DNA of 64,000 nucleotides, from the IMG/VR virus record IMGVR_UViG_3300045592_000030. One strand, written 5' to 3'. The DNA is from a virus. A model generated the notes under the pieces. The model searched no databases and was not told the origin of the DNA. It saw nothing but the letters and a program-made list of their open reading frames with translations. Below are positions 27,016-35,865 of the stretch, in pieces (within the stretch, counting starts at the first letter, position 1; every line of letters begins with the position of its first letter). Made by a program: the position numbers and the translations under genes.

Positions 27016-27502
27016 CTTTATAATGTTTTAGTTGCCAATATAACTGTTTACGTATCGTTTCCGCCTCGCTCGGTGATAACTGAATGGGGCAATGGAGATA
27101 ACTCCTTATGCAACGAGGATCAGCGAGCGAGGATAATGTTGGCGGTCCATACACGCGAACGGGGCTGCTGCTAAGACAGGAGGCATGAAGCTTGCCATCA
27201 GAAGGTAGCCAGTAGTAGCCATCACCGTTAATGATTTTGTCACGAGAAAATCTTAGCTCTGGGATGTCAAGGTGGTCTCGCACCTTTGACGATAACATAT
27301 CCGATATATCGTCCTGCTTTTTTGTATGCTGTAATGGCCCTTGCCATAGAAGCAATAAATCTGCAAATTGACAAAACCATTTCTTGCTGCGTCTTACGAA
27401 ACGACTGTAATGCCTCACTTTGCTATGTGTGTGCATCTCGTACAACTGCACCAACAGTTTTACATTATTCTTCTTTGTCTTTCTTATGCTTGTCATTTGC
27501 AT
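26993..27502 (-). CDS. Hypothetical protein
   Basis: 169-aa ORF. Confidence 0.5.
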   Translation of the reverse strand: MQMTSIRKTKKNNVKLLVQLYEMHTHSKVRHYSRFVRRSKKWFCQFADLLLLWQGPLQHTKKQDDISDMLSSKVRDHLDIPELRFSRDKIINGDGYYWLPSDGKLHASCLSSSPVRVYGPPTLSSLADPRCIRSYLHCPIQLSPSEAETIRKQLYWQLKHYKDEEKRKK

Positions 27503-27579
27503 CTATTTTATCAACCAGTCTTATAAAACTATCAAATATGCTTTCATTATCAATTATTTATTGAAATTCATCTTACTTT

Positions 27580-28224
27580 TTACTTTGTAAACGCTTCCCG
27601 TGTCTTGTCATCCGCCTCTTTCTTCTTTGCAAGGATATATGCTATACGCTCATTCACGGATTGCAGTTCTGTAAGATCGCATTCATGAATGGGCGTATCT
27701 TTCAACCCGACTTCATCGCCTTTATGATTCAGCTGTAAAAAGGATTTCCGCTTTTGATACTGCGCAAACATGTTGCCAGTCATCATCGACATAAACTGCG
27801 TATTCTGAACCTGCTGCAAGGTAACAATTCCAGAATTAGGGAGAAGACCAAGACATACATAGAACGCATAAGCGCGGAAAGAATCAAGCGAATAGATTTT
27901 GGTGCATATTTCCTTTATCTCTCGCTTTTTCGTCATCGGCTCTTTAAGTCGATAGTCTGGGTAGCGACCGACACACGGCTGAAATTCAGGCGCAATCTTA
28001 TTAGTCTCTGGCAGTGTGTCAGCCTCCAACAGATACTGCATATCTGCAACACCTTTCAACCACCGCGATGCTTCCACGGCATCGTGGCTTGTGCCAAGTC
28101 CGAAAGTGAATCCCTTGCTTGTAGAGTCGTAGCCTAAGCCGTGCCAGTCATTTCCCTGTAAAAGGGTATGGTCAGTACATAGCCGCATGGCTTCGTCGGC
28201 TCCCATAAATCGATATACTCTCAT
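27580..28224 (-). CDS. Hypothetical protein
   Basis: 214-aa ORF. Confidence 0.6.
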   Translation of the reverse strand: MRVYRFMGADEAMRLCTDHTLLQGNDWHGLGYDSTSKGFTFGLGTSHDAVEASRWLKGVADMQYLLEADTLPETNKIAPEFQPCVGRYPDYRLKEPMTKKREIKEICTKIYSLDSFRAYAFYVCLGLLPNSGIVTLQQVQNTQFMSMMTGNMFAQYQKRKSFLQLNHKGDEVGLKDTPIHECDLTELQSVNERIAYILAKKKEADDKTREAFTK

Positions 28225-28280
28225 TATCGTAAAATGTTTAAATCAGTTATTTATCATAATCAGTATTATGATTACTTTGC

Positions 28281-28661
28281 TTATCGCTCGTCGCCATTTC
28301 CGTCGATAACTCCACGTTGCTGTCGGCTGGCGAGCTTTTCAAGGTTCTCACGTGCCACGTCATCAAGTTTCCAGCCCATAACCGAACACAAGCCTGACAA
28401 CTGCCAAAGCACATCACCGGCCTCTTTGCGGATTAAGGCGATCTGCTCGTCAGTGAGATAATACGATTGTGATAACGGATGCTGGCCCTGCTCGGTGAGC
28501 GGCTGTGTTACCACGTGAAGATGTTCTTTGCGCACGGCTTTAGCGAACTTACCCAACAGTTCGCCACATTCAGCCGCAAGATTGAAGCCCATATAGACAA
28601 TGTTGTTGCATGTAGGCAAACAGGTCATCATGGCTTTCTTTTGATACTCGTTGATTTCCAT
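28281..28661 (-). CDS. MazG-like all-alpha NTP pyrophosphohydrolase
   Basis: 126 aa. AAECGELLGK and KEAGDVLW fit the ExxE...ExxD metal-binding helices. Confidence 0.6.
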   Translation of the reverse strand: MEINEYQKKAMMTCLPTCNNIVYMGFNLAAECGELLGKFAKAVRKEHLHVVTQPLTEQGQHPLSQSYYLTDEQIALIRKEAGDVLWQLSGLCSVMGWKLDDVARENLEKLASRQQRGVIDGNGDER

Positions 28662-28680
28662 TTTGATGAATATGTTTTGA

Positions 28681-29565
28681 TTAAACGTTAATTTTCATGC
28701 CATCCAGCGTTAGCTGATACTGAATAGCATTCTGTATTTTCTGTGCGATGATCACCGCATCGGGATGTGCCGGACCCGTTACCTGCCGCAAGCGCAAGTC
28801 GAGCAATGCTTTCCACTCGAAGCCGTTGTAGGTATAGACAGCACGGCTTGCGGTCTCCAGTGGCAGACAAGAGCGTGCATCCTGCGGCTTTACACCCAAC
28901 CGCAAAGCAAGACGATAAGCCCAATCGCTGACGTGCCAGGAAAGCTTTATCGGCCACGTGCGCCACCAGCGATGCCGCATCTCATCGCAATGTCCGGCCA
29001 ACTGAAACCATGATCGGCAAATGGTGATGCCACCATACTTCTTACCGAAGTTGACGTAGCGCGTGCTCTGTTCGGCAATGCTGTTAGGCGATTTGCGGTT
29101 GAGCTCACGCGTGATGGCAATGCTCGTCGTTACGCACAACGTATGGCGCACCAGCATCATCACAACTTTTACCTTCGTGGCCTTGGCCTTAGCGATAAAC
29201 TCTTTTGGCGACACCTCATTGTTGCCTAAGATTCCGTTGAAAATATCGTCATGGTCGCGGACAAACTGACCGTTGGTAGAGATGAAGGCGGTCTGCTTTT
29301 TCAGAACATAACAGCCCACATACGGCTCATTCTGCAAGAAGTGAAGCAACCAGTTATTCTTCATCTTCTGCACGTTGTTGATAATATAATACCGGCTCTC
29401 ATGGCGGAACATCGACGTATGGCCGTTAGCCTCCAGTCGTGCCACCATCTTTTCATTGTCGGTAGTCTTGTCAGAAGCATAGCACACACGGGCACAACGT
29501 GCCACATGCGCGGCGCGGTCGCTGCCCTGCTGCCAGTATTCTACTAAAGGATTGACGTAATTCAT
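28681..29565 (-). CDS. ThyX-like (flavin-dependent thymidylate synthase fold) protein with degenerate signature
   Basis: Contains ...ARVCYAS...GHTSMFRH... and ...RKSPNSIAEQSTRY, which aligns to the ThyX motif RHR-X7-S-x-RY but reads RKS-X7-S. Confidence 0.55.
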   Translation of the reverse strand: MNYVNPLVEYWQQGSDRAAHVARCARVCYASDKTTDNEKMVARLEANGHTSMFRHESRYYIINNVQKMKNNWLLHFLQNEPYVGCYVLKKQTAFISTNGQFVRDHDDIFNGILGNNEVSPKEFIAKAKATKVKVVMMLVRHTLCVTTSIAITRELNRKSPNSIAEQSTRYVNFGKKYGGITICRSWFQLAGHCDEMRHRWWRTWPIKLSWHVSDWAYRLALRLGVKPQDARSCLPLETASRAVYTYNGFEWKALLDLRLRQVTGPAHPDAVIIAQKIQNAIQYQLTLDGMKINV

Positions 29566-29628
29566 TTCTCAAAATTTATGTTGTACTTAATGTTATATAC
29601 ATCACCGATCATCGTGCGGACGGGGCCA

Positions 29629-29907
29629 TTATACAAAATCTATCAAACCCTCCACCTTCGAATTGTCCATCTGCTTCTCCGGCATAGGGGCATCAGTGAT
29701 AGCGTCCCACTCGTCGATAGCTTTTTGGATGAACAGCTGCTGTTTCTTCACCAGCCGGTGCAAATCCTCGCGTGCCAGGTCTGCCGTTCGGCATTGGTCG
29801 CTGATGAGCCGCAAGTCCTGATAAGTGAGGAAACTCTGAAATTTCAGCGGTTTGCCGTCGCTCCATGCCACGGGCCGCGTTTCCATCTTTGGTAATCGTT
29901 TATTCAT
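29629..29907 (-). CDS. Hypothetical small protein
   Basis: 92-aa ORF. Confidence 0.5.
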   Translation of the reverse strand: MNKRLPKMETRPVAWSDGKPLKFQSFLTYQDLRLISDQCRTADLAREDLHRLVKKQQLFIQKAIDEWDAITDAPMPEKQMDNSKVEGLIDFV

Positions 29908-29998
29908 CTACTCAAATAGTTTTGATTGTTTCACTTTCATCTTCTGCTGATACCGCACATTCGCCGGAACGTTGAACATCATCCGACGGTTCGTAAAA

Positions 29999-30976
29999 TC
30001 ATTCTCCATTGATAACCCGATGCCAAAAGCATTTTCGGTCGTAGTCGGTGGGGAAGTGCAAAGCGTCCCACGATACCGTACCACTATAATAGAGATTGCC
30101 CACAAGGGCGATGAAACCGGCGATGGTGCTTTTGCTCACCGACCGCAACAGCTCATCAAACTTCTTATCACACTCGGCGGCATTGTAATTGCCCGACAAC
30201 GCCGATACGCGGTGGAAGAAACCACGGCCTACGCCCTCACCCATCGACGCGAAACAGAAACCTATCTTATACCACGTGTCGTAGTCGTCGGCGATGTTGG
30301 CATGGTCACGCTCCAGCCTCGTTACAAGCTTATCGATAAATGCCGTCTGGTCGCGCTCCTGCGGCTGCAAGTCGTAGCGCATCGGACGGATGGCCCGTTT
30401 CGGCACATACAAGCCACGGTAGGCCACACATCGCTCGTTGATATAAGGCTGGTCATCATACGAGGCAAAGCGAATGCGAGTGATGTCGCTGCAAGCCTTG
30501 TCAAGGGTGATGCCAAGGGCCTTGTATTCATCATAGAGAGCCTGAAACTGCTCCTTATGTTTTTCGGGATAGGCGAGACGCACGAGAGCAAACAATCCGG
30601 TGCCACTGCAACTGTGCATGAACATCGCCACCTCCGGACGGAACCGCAACACCATCGCGATGTTGTCGGGATTGCTGATGCCCTCGTTGTCGCCTTTGTC
30701 AATGTCAAGCGCAATATATCCCGTGTGCCTGACAAGGGCATCGCCACGGCGCACACGAAACTCACCGCTCAGTGTGGCCCCTGGCAATTGCCGTTTGAGA
30801 GCCTGATACTCCGGCATGGCTTTGGCCGCTGCCGCACCATGATCGGCTATCAGTTGGCGAAGCTTACTGACCTGCGGCTTCCAACGGTCAGTGAACAGAA
30901 ACTCGCGCATCTCCACGGTCCCTATTCCCTGCCGGTCTTTGGCGTTGGCATATAAGCTGCATCTCTCGGTAAACAT
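29999..30976 (-). CDS. BT4734/VirE-N-like plus PriCT-like primase-associated protein
   Basis: DITRIRFASYDDQPYIN and DYDTWYKIGFCFASMGEG resemble Bacteroides mobile-element primase-associated domains (from memory). Confidence 0.5.
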   Translation of the reverse strand: MFTERCSLYANAKDRQGIGTVEMREFLFTDRWKPQVSKLRQLIADHGAAAAKAMPEYQALKRQLPGATLSGEFRVRRGDALVRHTGYIALDIDKGDNEGISNPDNIAMVLRFRPEVAMFMHSCSGTGLFALVRLAYPEKHKEQFQALYDEYKALGITLDKACSDITRIRFASYDDQPYINERCVAYRGLYVPKRAIRPMRYDLQPQERDQTAFIDKLVTRLERDHANIADDYDTWYKIGFCFASMGEGVGRGFFHRVSALSGNYNAAECDKKFDELLRSVSKSTIAGFIALVGNLYYSGTVSWDALHFPTDYDRKCFWHRVINGE

Positions 30977-31044
30977 TGTTGTTTAATATTAAAGTTTAAC
31001 GTTCAAAACAACCATCTCCAGTCATGGATAGGTCATTACATTTG

Positions 31045-31075
31045 CAAAGGTAAACATTATGTCCATATTTACAAA
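31045..31075 (-). promoter_or_regulatory. Host-type promoter TTTG-N19-TACCTTTG
   Basis: Minus strand matches the Bacteroides -33/-7 consensus. Lies upstream of ATG 30976. Confidence 0.55.
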
Positions 31076-31434
31076 ATAAATCAAGAGAAAATTTATAGAA
31101 AAAGTCGATTTTAGCCAAGATTTAACATTTCGTGGACGTTTCTACCTTCATAATAATAAATAATATATCCACATGCGCGTAAAGAAAACATTCATCAGCC
31201 AACATCGGCCGGGAAGATTGTTTCACACAGAAACTGAAAAGTAAACAACATCTCTACTGCAAGTATTGCTATGCTAAGGATGAAGTATTCAACTGCAATA
31301 CTCAATGTTCCACAATAGGGAGTTTCCAACTTACCACTGCTAAACTTCCAACTCACCACTGCTATAATAAGAAAAAGTATTAAAACCATGTAGAAATATT
31401 TTATTATTTGAATTATTCTTCTTATCTTTGCGAT

Positions 31435-32037
31435 ATGAAGAGTGCTAAAGTGTTAAAGATATTGCATGTATCGCGTCAAACGCTCGTGCAGTACGTGAAG
31501 AAGAAAGAGATAAGGGTCGTATCATTGCCAAACGGCACGTACGACTACAACGATGATGATGTATATCGCAAGGCTGGGCTTGCTTCAGAAAGAATGAACA
31601 TTGTCTATTCACGTGTATCTACGGCAAAACAAAAAAACGACCTTGATAATCAAGAAAAGACTTTGATTGACTATTGTAACAAGAATGGTGTTAAGGTAAG
31701 CAAGTCTTATAAGGATATTGCAAGCGGAATGAATTTTGACCGTAAGCAGTTCAAGCAACTACTTGGCGAGATACTGAATTTCAAAGTTGGCAGGTTATAC
31801 ATTACGTACAAAGATAGGCTTTCTCGCATCTCGTTCGATATGTTCAAGCGACTGTTCAGTGAATTTGGATGCGAGATAATAGCCATCAATGATACGGACG
31901 ATAAGGCAAACGAGACAGAGATATTCGAAGAAATCATTTCAATGCTTCATTGCTTCGCTATGCGGATGTATTCACGAAGGAGAAAAAGGAAACTCGAAAT
32001 AATGGAAGAGGATTTGAAAAATGAGATTAGTCTATAA
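31435..32037 (+). CDS. tnpA: IS607-type serine recombinase TnpA (MerR-like HTH + resolvase catalytic domain)
   Basis: MKSAKVLKILHVSRQTLVQYVKK... then VYSRVSTAKQKNDLDNQ. Start taken at ATG 31435, just after a TATCTTTG -7 box (31423-31430). The track start at 31408 is a TTG. Confidence 0.8.
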   Translation: MKSAKVLKILHVSRQTLVQYVKKKEIRVVSLPNGTYDYNDDDVYRKAGLASERMNIVYSRVSTAKQKNDLDNQEKTLIDYCNKNGVKVSKSYKDIASGMNFDRKQFKQLLGEILNFKVGRLYITYKDRLSRISFDMFKRLFSEFGCEIIAINDTDDKANETEIFEEIISMLHCFAMRMYSRRRKRKLEIMEEDLKNEISL

Positions 32038-33262
32038 GTTCTACATACGGCACGCAGAAGATCTTGACAGGTTGTTTAGTATTTCAAACAATCTGTACAA
32101 TCAGGCGTTGTATCTGTTCCGTCAGCAGCTGAATGCCGACGGTACGTGGCTGTGGTATAACGACATGGATAAACTCATGAAAAAGACCACTAACCTCGAA
32201 GGCGAATGTAACTACAAGTTGCTGAAATCTCAATGCTCTCAGCAGATACTCCGTGTTCTTGATAAGAACATCAAGGCTTATTGCAAGAGTATCAAGGATT
32301 GGAAGAAGCACCCCGAGAAATACAATGGAATGCCTAAGATGCCTTGTTACCGAAAACGAGGCGGTATGTTTAACCTGTATTATACCAATCAGTCATGCAG
32401 TATTAAAGATGGAAGAATCCGACTTGCTAAGGATTTATTTGTCTCTATTCCTCAATGGGAAAAATATGGCGAAAGTCTAAAGTCGATACACCAGGTACGT
32501 TTAATACCAAACTTCCGTAACATCAAGGTTGAAATTGTCTATGATAAGGAGACAGAGCAAGCTGATGTGGATAAGGCAAAATACGCTGCTATTGACCTTG
32601 GACTCGATAATCTCGCCACGATGGTTACTTCTGAAGGCTGCACGATTTATAGCGGCAAATATCTCAAATCTTACAATAATCACTTTAACAAGACACTTTC
32701 TCACTTGCAGTCTATCAAGAGTCTGCAAGGCATAAAGCGAACGACAAGAAGAATCACTCGTATTTACGACAAACGAGACCGCTATTTTGAGGACGCATTC
32801 CAGAAGGTTAGCCGTCAGATTGTCGATACACTTGTACGGAACCGTATAGGAACGTTAGTTGTAGGCTACAATGCCGGATGGAAACAAAAATCCGACATGG
32901 GCAAAAAGAACAATCAAAAGTTTGTTCAGATGCCTTTTGCGAGACTGGCAGACTATCTCCGCTATAAGTGCGAGATGATTGGAATTAAGTTCATTATGCA
33001 CGAGGAAAGTTATACAAGCAAGTGCGATGCTCTTGCTCTTGAACCTATTGAGAAGCATGAAACATATCTTGGGCGCAGGGTTAAGCGCGGATTATTCCGC
33101 TCCTCGACCGGGAAGATGATTAATGCTGACCAAAACGGAGCCTTTAACATTCTTAGAAAAGTAGTCGGCGATTCTGAGTTTTCTCGGATAGTCGGTAGCG
33201 GGCACTCGTTATGTCCGATACGATACCGCAATCCGTTTCAAACGGTTGCAGGAAGTATGTAA
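32021..33262 (+). CDS. tnpB: TnpB (RuvC-like RNA-guided nuclease family), atypical RuvC-II/zinc-finger region
   Basis: 413 aa with AIDLGLDN (RuvC-I), EESYTSK and NADQNGAFNILRK (RuvC-III). Overlaps tnpA by 17 nt. Confidence 0.8.
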   Translation: MRLVYKFYIRHAEDLDRLFSISNNLYNQALYLFRQQLNADGTWLWYNDMDKLMKKTTNLEGECNYKLLKSQCSQQILRVLDKNIKAYCKSIKDWKKHPEKYNGMPKMPCYRKRGGMFNLYYTNQSCSIKDGRIRLAKDLFVSIPQWEKYGESLKSIHQVRLIPNFRNIKVEIVYDKETEQADVDKAKYAAIDLGLDNLATMVTSEGCTIYSGKYLKSYNNHFNKTLSHLQSIKSLQGIKRTTRRITRIYDKRDRYFEDAFQKVSRQIVDTLVRNRIGTLVVGYNAGWKQKSDMGKKNNQKFVQMPFARLADYLRYKCEMIGIKFIMHEESYTSKCDALALEPIEKHETYLGRRVKRGLFRSSTGKMINADQNGAFNILRKVVGDSEFSRIVGSGHSLCPIRYRNPFQTVAGSM

Positions 33263-34114
33263 AAAGTAGAATAATTATTAATACATTTAATACTTTTAAT
33301 AACGTACTACAACCGCAACAATGCTTCACTTTCACTACACCACCGTTTCACTTCCACCGCGCCACGGGATCCGCCTTCATCATCCACACAAATCATGCTG
33401 TTTCAGCCACAATGTTTCACGGCTGGCGACCGCAAAATCAAGCGAAAAATCGTCATCGGGAGAAAAATATACGTTTTGTACGAGAAAGATATATTTTGTA
33501 TAAAAACGAGGGCGTTTGTACGAAATCAAGGGCGTTTTTGCAGTTGTTAACAATGTAAAATTATATTTTTCGTGTTAAATTATACACTCCATATATCTTT
33601 TTAGTACGAAAATTATACGTTTTTTTTTGCCTAACTCGCTGATTTCCTTTTACTTCCTATATAAAATATACATTTTAACACTATTTTTAGATATTACGTG
33701 TACGCAGGAGGAGTAAAATAAGGGTATAGAAAATAAGGTTTTACTTGAATAAATACGGACATTCGCGATCTCTCGCTTGCCTACCTTTCCTATCTGCAAC
33801 CAACTGATTTACAATATACAAGCGGAGCTTGTATATGCTGCTTACATTAATTTTACGGGTGAGGGTATTTTTACAAAATAGGGGTAATAGAGGTTGGGGA
33901 TTTTTTTTATTAGTTATAGAGAGATTTTCGACCAATTTGTATAATTTTGGGGACATTTTCGGGTTTAGTGGCTGATTATTAGTTAGTTAGCGTGTATAAT
34001 TTTTGTACGAAAAGTGTATGTGAGTGTATAATTTCCGAGACACGCCCACCTTCGGGAAGGGAGTAACGGAGCCTCTCGAAAGTGAGCGTGAAACATTTTT
34101 TGATATGTCTTGCG

Positions 34115-35068
34115 TCAGTAGGTTACATTTGGTTTGTCCTTCCATTCCACTTCCTCGAAGCCGACTTGAAAGCCGCCACCTTGTGCTGCCGTGGTACCAC
34201 CAAAGAAGTTGCCGGTATAGACGGTGCGGTAGCCGCGCTCAATGTCAGCGTCGGAGAATAGTTTTTCGTAGACAACATTTCCAGATTTGTCAAAAGCCTG
34301 AACTTGAACAACGAGTTTTCCGGTGCCGTCCGTGGATTTCGGGAAGGTGAACACGTCCCACTGCCCTACCCTGCCGTGCTGGTCTTGTGAGATGTTGAAT
34401 ACTTCCGTCTGCTTACTGTTTTCCGTGCCCTGGAGTGTTACGGGATTGAGCGTCGATGAGCCCTGAAGATAATAGAACTTCATCTGCGCCACCGTATCGG
34501 GTATCGCGTCGGTCGTCTTTAAGCGGAAACAAGCCACGGTGCGACGGAGCGTGAGATTGTGGCCGGTGTCGTTGTCGGTAACGGTAACATTGCCGCCATA
34601 AGCGAATGTGTCGCTCAGATGATTGCCGTTGAAGGTTATCTTTGTCGGTGTGGATATAATAGCTTCCTGTTGGCCGTTGTGCGCCACAGCGACGATAGAA
34701 TAATCGCCCGGCGTAAGATTGGCGGTCAGCGTGCCAAAATCAGCGTCATCGTTGGTCTGATGCGCTTGAAAGGCCACCTCACTGCCATAGAACACGATGA
34801 AGTCGATACGCTTCACCACGTCCTTTACGGCGGCGGCTTCCGCCCGCGTGACAGGGGTGCGGGGTGAGGATAAATGTTTGGCGGACGATGGTTCATGGGA
34901 TTGTGTGAAACCGTCGATTGTGAAGATTACCTTTGCGGGTGTGCCTTGCGGCATGGTGGGTGTGGAGGATAAGTCCTCGTCGATAGCTTTCTGACAGGCG
35001 GAAAGCGAGAACAGCATAGCGAGTGAAAGAGCGCACAATGCTGCGGAACAGAAATAAAAGTGCTTCAT
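34115..35068 (-). CDS. Secreted lipoprotein (moron)
   Basis: Signal peptide plus lipobox: MKHFYFCSAALCALSLAMLFSLSAC-QK. Isolated from the tail operon by a terminator. Confidence 0.7.
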   Translation of the reverse strand: MKHFYFCSAALCALSLAMLFSLSACQKAIDEDLSSTPTMPQGTPAKVIFTIDGFTQSHEPSSAKHLSSPRTPVTRAEAAAVKDVVKRIDFIVFYGSEVAFQAHQTNDDADFGTLTANLTPGDYSIVAVAHNGQQEAIISTPTKITFNGNHLSDTFAYGGNVTVTDNDTGHNLTLRRTVACFRLKTTDAIPDTVAQMKFYYLQGSSTLNPVTLQGTENSKQTEVFNISQDQHGRVGQWDVFTFPKSTDGTGKLVVQVQAFDKSGNVVYEKLFSDADIERGYRTVYTGNFFGGTTAAQGGGFQVGFEEVEWKDKPNVTY

Positions 35069-35140
35069 AAGTTTTTAGATTAGATGATCGGATTGTATGT
35101 TTGAACGTTACTCAACAGGATAACGGATTTCCTTTGTTTT

Positions 35141-35186
35141 TATTACAAAAAAGAGTGGCTATTTCCATCACGGAAACAACCACTCT
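35141..35186 (-). terminator. Rho-independent terminator after the tail operon
   Basis: Minus strand: AGAGTGG...CCACTCT stem (with inner TTTCC/GGAAA) followed by TTTTTTGT. Confidence 0.65.
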
Positions 35187-35256
35187 GAGCATCGAATGAA
35201 AACCAATCGCAATGACGTGGCTTGCGGCCACGCTGGTGCGTTATATTGTGTCCAGC

Positions 35257-35841
35257 TTAATGCCAGTACACAACCGACGTTACAAGCGCGTGTGTGGCTT
35301 TTATCGTAGGTCGGGTGTGGAGTTTGGCCATCATTGCCTCGGTAGCATTGCGCCAGGGGTTTATCTTTGCGCTGTCAGTTCCGGGAATGGAATAACCATA
35401 ATAGCCGGTGTATAGAGAAAGCGAGAAGTCTTTTTTATCCAACATGGCTCCTTGCAGGATAACCGACTTGATTTTGTCGCCCGTCAACGATGCGAAAGCA
35501 ATTTGCCCGTCAATCACAAGGGGGTCGTAGGCGTATTGCACGCGGTCGATGACATCACCTAAAGCGGCTCTGACCTGTTCGGTCCGGTCGTCGTGGGTGA
35601 GCAACAAAAGTCCGCCCTGCCATTCCCGCTGAAAATAATAGCGGATGGTGTTAAGCGTATCGCTGTCAACGGTTGGTACTTGCAGCAACATCACAAAAGG
35701 CGCGTCCACCATACAAGAAACTGCTTGCATGAAGCGAGCTATGGTAATGTCGCCGCTGGTCTGAAAGAATACCGGCTGACCGACATTGCTCTGTAAAAGA
35801 TTGGGCAACTGACGGTCAACACAACAGGGTTCTATATACAT
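35257..35841 (-). CDS. Hypothetical tail-module protein
   Basis: 194-aa ORF directly after the tape measure gene. Confidence 0.6.
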   Translation of the reverse strand: MYIEPCCVDRQLPNLLQSNVGQPVFFQTSGDITIARFMQAVSCMVDAPFVMLLQVPTVDSDTLNTIRYYFQREWQGGLLLLTHDDRTEQVRAALGDVIDRVQYAYDPLVIDGQIAFASLTGDKIKSVILQGAMLDKKDFSLSLYTGYYGYSIPGTDSAKINPWRNATEAMMAKLHTRPTIKATHALVTSVVYWH

Positions 35842-35865
35842 GGTCTATTCATTTAAATGAAATCG

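Larger units (their letters stand above)
31400..33300 (+). mobile_element. IS607-family insertion (tnpA serine recombinase + tnpB); ends not defined
   Basis: Overlapping tnpA/tnpB pair on the strand opposite the phage operons. The boundaries given are approximate. Confidence 0.7.

Noticed and set aside
29972-30955. Long plus-strand ORFs lie antisense to large minus-strand genes: 29972..30955, and also 5009..5971, 9063..9896, 39577..40224, 40133..40816, 47989..48615 and 59479..60027.
   Set aside because: Each is fully embedded opposite an ORF that has recognisable motifs or operon context. Their translations are Arg/Val/His-rich shadow-frame sequence.
31408-32037. The serine recombinase could be the phage integrase.
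   Set aside because: It is only about 200 aa, has a MerR-like HTH N-terminus, and overlaps a tnpB gene by 17 nt. That is the IS607 TnpA layout, not a large serine integrase.
33741-33956. The 71-aa minus-strand ORF (and the + ORFs 33211..33558 and 33321..33503) in the non-coding region.
   Set aside because: Low-complexity translations, no start context or coupling to neighbours, and overlap with repeats. Treated as non-coding.
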